A DNA stretch of 43,393 bases, from positions 1 to 43,393 of IMG/VR virus record IMGVR_UViG_3300045988_070547. One strand, given 5' to 3'. The DNA is from a virus. Below are positions 14,535 through 21,697 of the stretch, in pieces. The position numbers and the translations under genes are program-made. The notes under the pieces were generated by a model, which saw only the letters and a program-made list of their open reading frames with translations, was not told where the DNA came from and did no database searches. Position 1 is the stretch's first letter. Every line of letters starts with the position of its first letter.

Positions 14535-14756
14535 TTTTTAGTCCCTCCATTTCGAAATCTAATTCTTCTGATAACCAATCTTCTATGCACGCAAAGCACG
14601 TTTCGTCAAGAACCCACTCATCCCCTCTTCCATCCCGGCATAACCATTTGTTCTCATGCAGATATGGGCAGTTTATTTGTTCCAACAAGACTTGTCTATA
14701 TACAGCATCGGGGCAGTGCCCCGCAACGCTTCAATCAATCTGTCTCTATTTGTCAT
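14514..14756 (-). pseudogene. Small Cys-rich gene split over two frames (frameshift, sequencing indel or two mini-ORFs)
   Basis: ATG 14756 gives MTNRDRLIEALRGTAPMLYIDKSCWNK*. The -1-shifted frame continues ...LLEQINCPYLHENKWLCRDGRGDEWVLDETCFACIEDWLSEELDFEMEGLKNEWGNN*. The GGGGCACTGCCCC homopolymer palindrome sits at the likely shift point. Confidence 0.35.
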
Positions 14757-15159
14757 TGTCCTCATCCTCCACAAGTTCGCAGTACTTCCACCTCACGTAG
14801 TCCCCGCCGAAGGCTGTTTTGCTTGTCGCTCCATCACACCACGTCATAAATCTGTGTGCACGGTCATAATCGCTGATTCCTTTGAAATACATCAAAGTCC
14901 ACTTTTGTTCCTCTCTGTCACGAACCCTTACAAGCGTGTCAACCGGGACTTTAACCCAGTCCACTTCTGGTTCTTTGTATTCTTCGTCAAGCCAAATCTG
15001 TAGTGCCGTGCCACAAGTAACACAAGTCATTTTGCAGTAATTTGTTGAGTCCTTTCCGAACATCCGGAATACCTCGTGCTTTTTCACGAATTCGCACAGC
15101 TTACCGTCCTTCTTGATAACCTTTATCAACTCGTTTTTATATTTTTCTCTATTCTTCAT
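14746..15159 (-). CDS. Hypothetical protein (137 aa)
   Basis: AAGGAGGA SD. Cys cluster CKMTCVTCG. No family recognised. Confidence 0.6.
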   Translation of the reverse strand: MKNREKYKNELIKVIKKDGKLCEFVKKHEVFRMFGKDSTNYCKMTCVTCGTALQIWLDEEYKEPEVDWVKVPVDTLVRVRDREEQKWTLMYFKGISDYDRAHRFMTWCDGATSKTAFGGDYVRWKYCELVEDEDNDK

Positions 15160-15169
15160 TTTGTCCTCC

Positions 15170-15865
15170 TTATAAAAACCACTCGTGATTTCTTAACGGT
15201 GCGTGATTTTCCGGTTTCTCAGCTTTCACTTTGTCTTGTAGTTCCCTAACAAGTGGGATTGCCTCCGGAAACTCTCTAAACCATTGTTCACGCTCCCTTT
15301 TCGGTGCGTTCGGACACAACGTGCAACCGTCACGTTTATAGTGCTGATAGAGCGGTGATAAGAATGTGTTGCGTTTGCAAATCTCCATTGCCTGTTCTTC
15401 CGTGATTTTGTACTCCACCAATATTGAGCGTCTTTTCTCGTTCAATTGTTGCTGTCTCAGCTTTTCATCATAAGCAATTCCAATGTCTTCATAATCATAA
15501 TGACCAACATCACATCGGTGCAAAGCACGTACTTTGGAGAAATTCTTGAATTCGCACATTCTCGGTATGAAGTAAGGAAACCCCATGATTCCACCCTTGT
15601 CAGCACCTTTTGTTTTTCTCCGTAGAACAAAGTCGTGGTAGGTCATTCCTGTGACCATGTGCACCTCTGCTCCCATATCACGAAACCGTTCTGCTGTTTT
15701 CTGAATGAATTCATAATGGTCTTTCAGCAGCAGCGGGATTTCTTCTGTGAACATCGGTGTGTAGTTCACAGCCTTCACTTTGTGTCCTGCCTCCAAGTGG
15801 ATGAGTACGGCGCAAGTGCTATCCTTCCCACCGCTCCAGCTCACTTTCACAGTTTCCTTTGCCAT
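15170..15865 (-). CDS. PAPS reductase / ATP-pyrophosphatase (SGGKDS P-loop) family protein
   Basis: ATG 15865 (MAKETVKVSWSGGKDSTCAV...) with a GGAAAGGA SD. The upstream part of the track ORF is occupied by another small gene. C-terminal DGCTLCP Cys pair. Confidence 0.65.
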   Translation of the reverse strand: MAKETVKVSWSGGKDSTCAVLIHLEAGHKVKAVNYTPMFTEEIPLLLKDHYEFIQKTAERFRDMGAEVHMVTGMTYHDFVLRRKTKGADKGGIMGFPYFIPRMCEFKNFSKVRALHRCDVGHYDYEDIGIAYDEKLRQQQLNEKRRSILVEYKITEEQAMEICKRNTFLSPLYQHYKRDGCTLCPNAPKREREQWFREFPEAIPLVRELQDKVKAEKPENHAPLRNHEWFL

Positions 15866-15930
15866 TTTCACATCCTTTCCGACATTGACTAAAACTTGTT
15901 TAAATCTTGTTTGACATTGTCTAATCCTTT

Positions 15931-16095
15931 TCAATACACCATCAAATAGATTGCTATAGACAAAGTCCCAAGGAACAAAACTTCTTCAACGATTAGTCCC
16001 AGTATTTCTTTCAAGTCACAATCCAATTTTGTGACCCATACGAGCATTGTGGTTACCGCAATCGCCATCAAATTAAAGCCGATTAATTCCTTCAT
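15931..16095 (-). CDS. Small two-TM membrane protein, 54 aa (below the ORF-track cutoff)
   Basis: My translation: MKELIGFNLMAIAVTTMLVWVTKLDCDLKEILGLIVEEVLFLGTLSIAIYLMVY. The ATG lies 1 nt after the DUF1064 stop. AGAGAGGTG SD. Confidence 0.5.
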   Translation of the reverse strand: MKELIGFNLMAIAVTTMLVWVTKLDCDLKEILGLIVEEVLFLGTLSIAIYLMVY

Positions 16096-16096
16096 C

Positions 16097-16429
16097 CTAC
16101 ACCTCTCTGATTCTTATACCGTACTTGTACAACATCAACTTCCGCTTGATAATGTATTCCTTCGTCCGGAATCCTTTTACGTCCTCCACAACGGTCTCGC
16201 CGTCTTCGGTATAGACGAAATCCGCCCTATAGGAACACTCACGCTCTATTACCTTTCCCGTCTTCTCATCCCTCTGTGAGTGGATGAGCACAAACTTTAC
16301 CTGTCTCCGCAGGTCTTGAATTGCACCCGCCTTTTCCAGCAGGAGCAATTCTTGATAGCGATTTGCTTCTTTCTTTGAATCAAATGTTTGACCATTCACA
16401 ACGGTTTTCTTGCTCTTGTATTTGCTCAC
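16097..16429 (-). CDS. DUF1064 family protein (PD-(D/E)XK-like phage nuclease fold)
   Basis: 110 aa, GTG start with GGAGGTG SD. ...GQTFDSKKEANRYQELLLLEKAGAIQDLRRQVKF...YRADFVY...VEDVKG..TKEYIIKRKL follows the DUF1064 pattern. Confidence 0.7.
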   Translation of the reverse strand: MSKYKSKKTVVNGQTFDSKKEANRYQELLLLEKAGAIQDLRRQVKFVLIHSQRDEKTGKVIERECSYRADFVYTEDGETVVEDVKGFRTKEYIIKRKLMLYKYGIRIREV

Positions 16430-16641
16430 TCAGCACCTCCATTCACTTCAATGTCCGTAATGTAGCCCAGTGCTTGGGCAATCTCTAGGAACTTGTACCA
16501 TGTGATATTCTCTCCATGTTCCCACCGGCAAATCGAACCTGTGTCCGAATATACCGCCTCTGCAAGCTTCCCTCGTGGCATCCCCTTCGCCGTTCTCATT
16601 TTCTTTATCAGTTCGCCAAGTGTTCTCTCGTTTGCTTCCAT
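16426..16641 (-). CDS. XRE-family helix-turn-helix protein (71 aa)
   Basis: TLGELIKKMRTAKGMPRGKLAEAV...ICRWEHG matches the HTH_XRE pattern. AGGAGGA SD. Confidence 0.65.
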   Translation of the reverse strand: MEANERTLGELIKKMRTAKGMPRGKLAEAVYSDTGSICRWEHGENITWYKFLEIAQALGYITDIEVNGGAE

Positions 16642-16650
16642 GTAGTCCTC

Positions 16651-16959
16651 CTAGTCGTCACTTCTGAACATTCCGTCGATTCCGTACGCACACGCCGCAT
16701 AACCAGCAATATCAATATAGTTGTCAAGGTGGATTCCTGGAGCCGCCCCTCTCGCCACCTTCAGAAGAATCATCATCATTGCCACATCCTTCGGTTCAAT
16801 CACTACATCGCAACCAGTAGCCTTAAGGTATGATTCCCACATGGTAGCAATCAATTTAAAATTGTCTTCCGCATCCCCGTAGCAATCCTTCCTTGCTCCG
16901 TTCACAATCTCACATGCCGTCCGCAAGCACTCTTCTCTCATTTTCTCTTTGTTTTTCAC
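16651..16959 (-). CDS. DUF6378-like conserved phage protein
   Basis: 102 aa, GTG start with AGGAGGA SD. ...KDCYGDAEDNFKLIATMWESYL...PKDVAMMMILLKVAR...DNYIDIAGYAACAYG matches the YG...nF..iA.lW...dV..mM.llKiaR...D...D.aGYaa pattern. Confidence 0.55.
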   Translation of the reverse strand: MKNKEKMREECLRTACEIVNGARKDCYGDAEDNFKLIATMWESYLKATGCDVVIEPKDVAMMMILLKVARGAAPGIHLDNYIDIAGYAACAYGIDGMFRSDD

Positions 16960-16975
16960 GTTGTCCTCCTTTTAT

Positions 16976-17161
16976 CTAAAAATCACCGTCTTCTTCCAAC
17001 TCTTCCAGCATTTCAAGAACTTCTTGATAGGCGTCAATCTGTCCTTGATGAAAGCACTTCATTTTGTTCTGATGGCGATTCCTAGCGTCCTGATAGTCTT
17101 CGGTTACGAACTGCAAACGCTGTTCAATTAACTCTCTCACATCATCTAAGTTGCTCCGCAT
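16976..17161 (-). CDS. Hypothetical acidic coiled-coil protein (61 aa)
   Basis: ATG 17161 (MRSNLDD...) with GGAGGG SD. The track ORF begins at an upstream TTG without an SD. Confidence 0.5.
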   Translation of the reverse strand: MRSNLDDVRELIEQRLQFVTEDYQDARNRHQNKMKCFHQGQIDAYQEVLEMLEELEEDGDF

Positions 17162-17916
17162 AATCCCTCCATTTCGTTCTTTTGTTTCGCTTAAGGAATT
17201 TATTGACAATCGACTTTTGAACGCGTTATGAGCCGTTTAAAGCCGTTTTGTGGGTATCACAGCCCAGGATTCTATTCTTGGCAATTCATAGCCTTTACAG
17301 TTCGTTACCCTTCACAGCTTTTCCTTTGCTGTCTACGCCAATCTTCTCTTTTCCTTGACTGCTCCTTGCGGTTCGACTCCTCCGCCAATCAGCGCCCTTC
17401 TATTCCATTGCTTCACTATTCGGCTCTAAGCATCGCTAGTCAGCACTTTTTCGGAACATTTCAGATCTATGCCGTTTCATTTCTCTGCTCATCCACTCCA
17501 TCTCAAATCCAATCACTTCCTTTGCGACTCCTCACGATACTTCTCTTTTGCGTTTCAATGATTTTCCACTCCCATCTATTCCTCTCCTATGCTGTTCTGC
17601 GCGATGCTTATCCTTTGCTTTGCTATTCGTCTCCATACGGTTCAAAGCGTTGCTAATCCATTGCTTCTCTACGCTCATCCATTGCTCTTTTAGTTTTTCT
17701 TTTCCTAAACAATTCTTTGCTGTTCTCTTCCACGGCAAAGCTCCGCCAATCTCAGCCATTCCTTTGATTCTCCGTGCTGTTCTCTTCCATTGCACATCTT
17801 CACACTGCATAGCTTTTCCATCGCCCCTAAGCTCTTGTTCGTTCCATTGATTTGCTATTCTAGGCATTTGCACTTCTATCCGAATCGGTTCATATCCTTC
17901 GCGTTTCGTGAATACG
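17162..17916. repeat. 755-bp strand-skewed, motif-dense degenerate repeat tract (tract A)
   Basis: The plus strand is about 68% pyrimidine in a hand-counted 60-nt line. CCATTGC occurs 4 times (17405, 17658, 17679, 17787). The exact 15-mer tgctgttctcttcca occurs twice, 57 nt apart (17718, 17775). ctccgccaatc occurs twice (17380, 17741). Long ORFs are open on both strands. Confidence 0.7.
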
Positions 17917-17924
17917 CTATGCAT
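17532..17924 (-). CDS. Basic Trp-repeat ORF (130 aa) inside tract A; real gene or decayed remnant
   Basis: The ATG overlaps the upstream stop (ATGCATAG). Repeats QWNEQ / VQWKRTARR / LPWKRTAKN / EQWMS / KQWIS. The same motif continues in the same frame past TGA, TAG, TAG and TAA stops down to about 17290. Confidence 0.3.
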   Translation of the reverse strand: MHSVFTKREGYEPIRIEVQMPRIANQWNEQELRGDGKAMQCEDVQWKRTARRIKGMAEIGGALPWKRTAKNCLGKEKLKEQWMSVEKQWISNALNRMETNSKAKDKHRAEQHRRGIDGSGKSLKRKREVS

Positions 17925-18159
17925 TTCCTAAGCTGTACCGCTCATTGCTAATCCGTTTCGGCGTTCCGTCTTCGAGCTTATGGAACACTGTTTTTCCCTT
18001 CTCAACAACTTCATCTACCCCCAGCATTTCAACCTCTTCCTTGCGGCTAAGAGCGTCAGGAGCGTTTGAAGCGATGTATGTTTCATGAATCTTCGGGTCG
18101 CTTGAAGCTGTTCCCAGTACATCGTCAATAAACGTCAGTCTTACTCTCATTGTTTCCAT
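17917..18159 (-). CDS. Hypothetical protein (80 aa)
   Basis: AAGGAGGA SD. METMRVRLTFIDDVLGTASSDPKIHETYIASNAPD.... No family assigned. Confidence 0.55.
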   Translation of the reverse strand: METMRVRLTFIDDVLGTASSDPKIHETYIASNAPDALSRKEEVEMLGVDEVVEKGKTVFHKLEDGTPKRISNERYSLGNA

Positions 18160-18250
18160 TTTTTCCTCCTTGCCCGCCCTTTCAGGCGGGACTTGTCTTT
18201 TCTCTGTTTTAACGTTGATTTTTTGTTTGTTTTATCTAGAGTAATAACGG

Positions 18251-18526
18251 CTAATTTATTTCTGTGTGATTCGTCTCCGCATAGATTCGGATTGAATCGC
18301 TCACACATTCATAGTGTTTGTCCAGCATGTCCAGCAGTGTTAGTGCTTCCTGAAGCGGCAATCTAACGCTTTCATCACCTCTGCTGATTGCTATCTCCTT
18401 CCCTCTGCAAAGGATAGTAAGTCTATCCCCGCCCACATCATCATCGACACGATACATGGCGTCCGTAATCACCTTTTTTCGGACTTTTTCGATACTAAGC
18501 TTATAGAGCATTATTCGTTCAACCAT
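18251..18526 (-). CDS. Hypothetical protein, paralogue of the upstream 138-aa ORF
   Basis: 91 aa (or 86 aa from the TAATG-coupled ATG at 18511). YRVDDD...GKEIAISRGDESVRLPLQEALTLLDML aligns with YRYDDD...GGEVAFSGWGKTVILPIDEALAITGLL. Confidence 0.55.
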   Translation of the reverse strand: MVERIMLYKLSIEKVRKKVITDAMYRVDDDVGGDRLTILCRGKEIAISRGDESVRLPLQEALTLLDMLDKHYECVSDSIRIYAETNHTEIN

Positions 18527-18927
18527 CTTTCCAGCGTTTCCACGGATTCGCCTGTTATCTTCGCCGCAAACTCAATCTTCATTTGCCCGTGTTTGAGTAT
18601 TTCAGCGATTCTCTCCAAGTCCTTCGGCTTTTCTTTCTGCTGCACGCCTGCAAGCTCCGCAAGCGACAATCCCTCACATTCGGCAGGTCCTTTATACACA
18701 CCAATGAAGTCATGAGCGCCTTTTGCTCTTCCTGCGAGAAGTCCTGTTATTGCTAGTGCTTCGTCTATCGGCAGTATGACCGTCTTTCCCCAGCCGCTGA
18801 ACGCAACTTCTCCGCCTTTAATAACGCACGTGAAGCGTTTCTCAACTCCATATTCCCTGTCATCGTCGTATCGGTAATCGTTTTCAGTCCACTTCCGCAA
18901 TCTTCCGAGTCCACCGTTAATTAGCAT
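18511..18927 (-). CDS. Hypothetical protein (138 aa) with HTH-like C-terminus; paralogue of the downstream ORF
   Basis: The ATG overlaps the end of the DnaC-like gene by 11 nt. See the paralogue alignment in the previous entry. Confidence 0.55.
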   Translation of the reverse strand: MLINGGLGRLRKWTENDYRYDDDREYGVEKRFTCVIKGGEVAFSGWGKTVILPIDEALAITGLLAGRAKGAHDFIGVYKGPAECEGLSLAELAGVQQKEKPKDLERIAEILKHGQMKIEFAAKITGESVETLERWLNE

Positions 18928-19711
18928 TGAGTAGCCCCTCCCTTCTGCGGAATTCTGCTTTCACGGCTTCTCTCCGCCTGCTGTCACCTTCCATTTTGAT
19001 GGGATGGCACCGCTCCAGGATTCGATCGTACAATCGTTCATCCATCGTCTCTGTAGGCTTCTTGAATTCTTCAATCGGGATGTTAGTTGTGATTATGAGC
19101 GGCGTTTTCGCTTCATAACACATGTTTATGACCTTGTATACAAGTTCTTTCATCACCGATGTTTGCCGTTCGATTCCAAAGTCGTCTATCACAAGAAGTC
19201 TATGGCGAACTAGTTTCATCAGCTTTTCCATCTTCTCATAGCCCTTCAAGCCTTCAAGTTCTTCTGCAATGTACGAGAAGTTCGTAAAGCGTACCGTGTA
19301 GCCGTTCAAGAGAAGCGTGTTCGCTATCCCTGCGGCTATTGTGGATTTACCCGTTCCGACTCCGCCAGCCAGCAGGAGTCCTATCCCGTCTCTCGAAAAA
19401 TCATTGAAATGGTCAGCGTAGCCTTTAGCTTTGTCTACATACTCATTGGCTTCAAGTTCTTCAAGTGTTCGGCTGTACGCCAGCTTTTGGGCTTCTCCGT
19501 AATCCTTGAAACAGCACCTTGTGTTCCTTTGGATAATGACCTCACGCTTCCGCCGTTCTTCAAGGTTCCGGGATTCTTCAACGCACTTACACCCTGGTTC
19601 TACAATGAGCAATCCCCTTTTAGTCTGGAGCACCATTTGCTTCGGCGTATTGCACACCGAACACCAAATAGTCCCATCACGTACATATTCATTTTCCTTT
19701 AATTCTCTCAT
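18917..19711 (-). CDS. DnaC/IstB-like AAA+ helicase loader
   Basis: ATG 19711 with GGAAGGAG SD (264 aa). Walker A GGVGTGKST, Walker B LLVIDDFG. N-terminal Cys4 (CSVCN...CKC). Confidence 0.8.
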   Translation of the reverse strand: MRELKENEYVRDGTIWCSVCNTPKQMVLQTKRGLLIVEPGCKCVEESRNLEERRKREVIIQRNTRCCFKDYGEAQKLAYSRTLEELEANEYVDKAKGYADHFNDFSRDGIGLLLAGGVGTGKSTIAAGIANTLLLNGYTVRFTNFSYIAEELEGLKGYEKMEKLMKLVRHRLLVIDDFGIERQTSVMKELVYKVINMCYEAKTPLIITTNIPIEEFKKPTETMDERLYDRILERCHPIKMEGDSRRREAVKAEFRRREGLLNAN

Positions 19712-19956
19712 TCGTTCTCCTTCCTGATTTTGCAATTCAATGCCAGTCCAATCTACGCCATTGCATTACATGACAATTCCACTCCATGCCTTTTGCAGGT
19801 CTATTCCTTAGCTGTTCAAACGCTTCAATTCCTCAGCAGAGCGGAGCGCAACCGTTCATGGCTCTTCCTTTCCATTGCTAAGTTTGTCAATTCCTTTGCC
19901 GCTCTTGTCTATTCCATGCCTACGCTGAGCCTTACAGAACAGTTCGTTGCCGTCGC
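19712..19956. repeat. 245-bp tract B, related in composition and motifs to tract A
   Basis: CCATTGC occurs twice (19758, 19872). Shares gcaattca, tctacgcca, ttcctttgc and cagttcgtt blocks with 17281-17340. Fills the whole Rep-DnaC intergenic space. Confidence 0.6.
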
Positions 19957-20757
19957 CTAGAACAAATCATCTAAATCGGTCTTGCTATAGTCAAGCTTCG
20001 GATTCATCGGCGGTGTATAGTTCTCGTCGAGGTAATCAATATATCCGCCGTTGAAGAAGGTGCTTCCGTTCTGCGCCTTCCGCCACTCGTCTTTTTTCAA
20101 GTCCTCGAGGTATCTATCAATGGCACGCTTGACATTATCCCAACCGTGGCTCATTAATCGCTCTTTAGACTTGTCAGAGACTTGAGCCTTTCCCCGCTTG
20201 TTAGGGTAGTACTGCCATGCTCTCTCAAAGAACTCTTCAGAGGATTCTTCAGAGGGTTCAGAACACGAATGCACATTATTAGTATTATTAGTAATATCTC
20301 TATTAATATAACTAGTATTATCTATATGAAAATTTGTCACACCCCCTACGTCATTTTGTCCTACCCCCTGAGACTTTTTGTCACACCCCCTATGAAAATT
20401 TGTCACACCCCCTACGTCATTTTGTCCTACCCCCTGAGACTTTTTGTCACACCATTGTGGGCTTTCTGAAACACTTGGGTTAGCCTGATAAAACGCTCTT
20501 TTTTCGTCGTTTTCGAGAAACACTTCTCTTTTGCAAATCACGTTATCTTCAACAAGCTTGCTCAGAATCCGCATGACAGTCCGCCGCGAGCACCCTACCC
20601 AATCAGCAAGGTATTGTGCTGTGCCTTTGAACTCGCCTTGCCCGTTCTGTGAGAATCCGTAGATAATCGCATACACAAGAAGTTCATTTCCTGTAAGATT
20701 TAGCTCTGTTCTCATCCAGCCTTCAACTGTGATGTAGTTCCGCTCATTAACTTTCAT
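19957..20757 (-). CDS. Replication initiator / replisome organiser (winged-helix N-domain, DnaD-like C-domain)
   Basis: ATG 20757 with AGGAGGTG SD (266 aa). N-terminus ...LTGNELLVYAIIYGFSQNGQGEFKGTAQYLADWVGCSRRTVMRIL.... C-terminus ...ERAWQYYPNKRGK...AIDRYL.... Internal duplicated 22-aa linker. Confidence 0.65.
   Translation of the reverse strand: MKVNERNYITVEGWMRTELNLTGNELLVYAIIYGFSQNGQGEFKGTAQYLADWVGCSRRTVMRILSKLVEDNVICKREVFLENDEKRAFYQANPSVSESPQWCDKKSQGVGQNDVGGVTNFHRGCDKKSQGVGQNDVGGVTNFHIDNTSYINRDITNNTNNVHSCSEPSEESSEEFFERAWQYYPNKRGKAQVSDKSKERLMSHGWDNVKRAIDRYLEDLKKDEWRKAQNGSTFFNGGYIDYLDENYTPPMNPKLDYSKTDLDDLF
20333..20464. repeat. Six iterons TTTGTC(AC/CT)ACCCCCT at an exact 22-bp period (candidate origin) inside the initiator gene
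   Basis: Copies start at 20333, 20355, 20377, 20399, 20421 and 20443 (the last is partial). A very AT-rich stretch lies adjacent at 20262-20332. Confidence 0.7.
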
Positions 20758-20766
20758 ATCCACCTC

Positions 20767-21153
20767 CTAGAAAGGCAAATCGCTATCATCCTCGATAAAT
20801 GCGTCCATAACGCTTGACGACTGGTTCGCCTCGTGGCGATCGTCGCTCTTTGGTTTCGTCAGGAATTCGATTCTGTTTGCTACAACGTCTGTTGTATAGA
20901 CTTTCTTTCCGTCCTTGCCATCGTAGCTACCCGTCTGAATCCGTCCATCTACCGCAACCATGCTACCCTTCTTCAGGTACTTGTTACAGTTCTCCGCCTG
21001 TTTTCCGAAGGCGATAATTCGAATCCAGTCCGTACCCTCCGTTGGTCTATCTACGGCAAGCGTAAATTTGCAAATTGCCGTGTCCTTGTGTGCTCCTCCG
21101 TAGGTCAGTTCAGGGTCTCTTCCCAGCCGACCAATCTCAATTACTTTGTTCAT
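20767..21153 (-). CDS. ssb: Single-stranded DNA-binding protein
   Basis: ATG 21153 (MNKVIEIGRLGRDPEL...) with GGAGAG SD. OB-fold pattern and acidic C-terminal tail DDSDLPF. Confidence 0.9.
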   Translation of the reverse strand: MNKVIEIGRLGRDPELTYGGAHKDTAICKFTLAVDRPTEGTDWIRIIAFGKQAENCNKYLKKGSMVAVDGRIQTGSYDGKDGKKVYTTDVVANRIEFLTKPKSDDRHEANQSSSVMDAFIEDDSDLPF

Positions 21154-21697
21154 TCTTCTTCTCTCCTTCCAGCAAGTAATTAATTTCTTCTCTCGACATT
21201 GTTTCAATGCCTTGAGCTTTGCAATCAAGAACAACCTCATCGATTAATCTTGACATTGACTTAGTATCGTATTCGGACGTTCCGTAATACGCTTTCAAGT
21301 TGTGGTAGCCTTGCGTCCTTCGGCATGGTCCAATATCATCTACAAACCATGCTATACCATGACTGCTCCACACCTTCGAGAAGGCCTCTAACGCGTCCTC
21401 TCGCACGGGAATTACATAATATTGACCGAATCCCCTTACATAGTACCTGTAAAGCTCTATGGGGCTATTTTCGACCTTAAAAGCCAACTCCTTTAAAAGC
21501 ACCCACATATAAGCGTTTGCGTCCAGTGACCTTTTCTTCTTTCGCCGCTTGATAGATACCGTGTACTCCGCTTCGGAATCTACCTTCCCGGTTTCATCAA
21601 TGATTCTCTGAAGCTCCGCAGCTTCCTTCACGTCACACTCAATCGTTAGTTGTGCGCTCCACAGTGTCGTCTGAAGATTCAGATTCTTTATCCGCAT
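21137..21697 (-). CDS. NinB/Orf-like recombination mediator (tentative)
   Basis: ATG 21697 with GGAAGGA SD (186 aa). KKKRSLDANAYMWVLLKELA resembles the lambda NinB RNRSLDQNRKLWACLGDVS segment. Confidence 0.4.
   Translation of the reverse strand: MRIKNLNLQTTLWSAQLTIECDVKEAAELQRIIDETGKVDSEAEYTVSIKRRKKKRSLDANAYMWVLLKELAFKVENSPIELYRYYVRGFGQYYVIPVREDALEAFSKVWSSHGIAWFVDDIGPCRRTQGYHNLKAYYGTSEYDTKSMSRLIDEVVLDCKAQGIETMSREEINYLLEGEKKNEQSN

Noticed and set aside
17228-17850. Plus-strand ORFs of 142 and 100 codons in tract A.
   Set aside because: They are open only because the strand is pyrimidine-rich, so few stop codons are possible. The products are Leu/Ser/Phe/Cys-rich. They run antisense to the direction of the whole operon.
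20325-20453. The 66-bp tandem repeat, considered as a CRISPR array or minisatellite.
   Set aside because: There are only two units with no unique spacers, and the repeat is in frame within the initiator gene. It resolves into six 22-bp iterons, which fits an origin rather than CRISPR.
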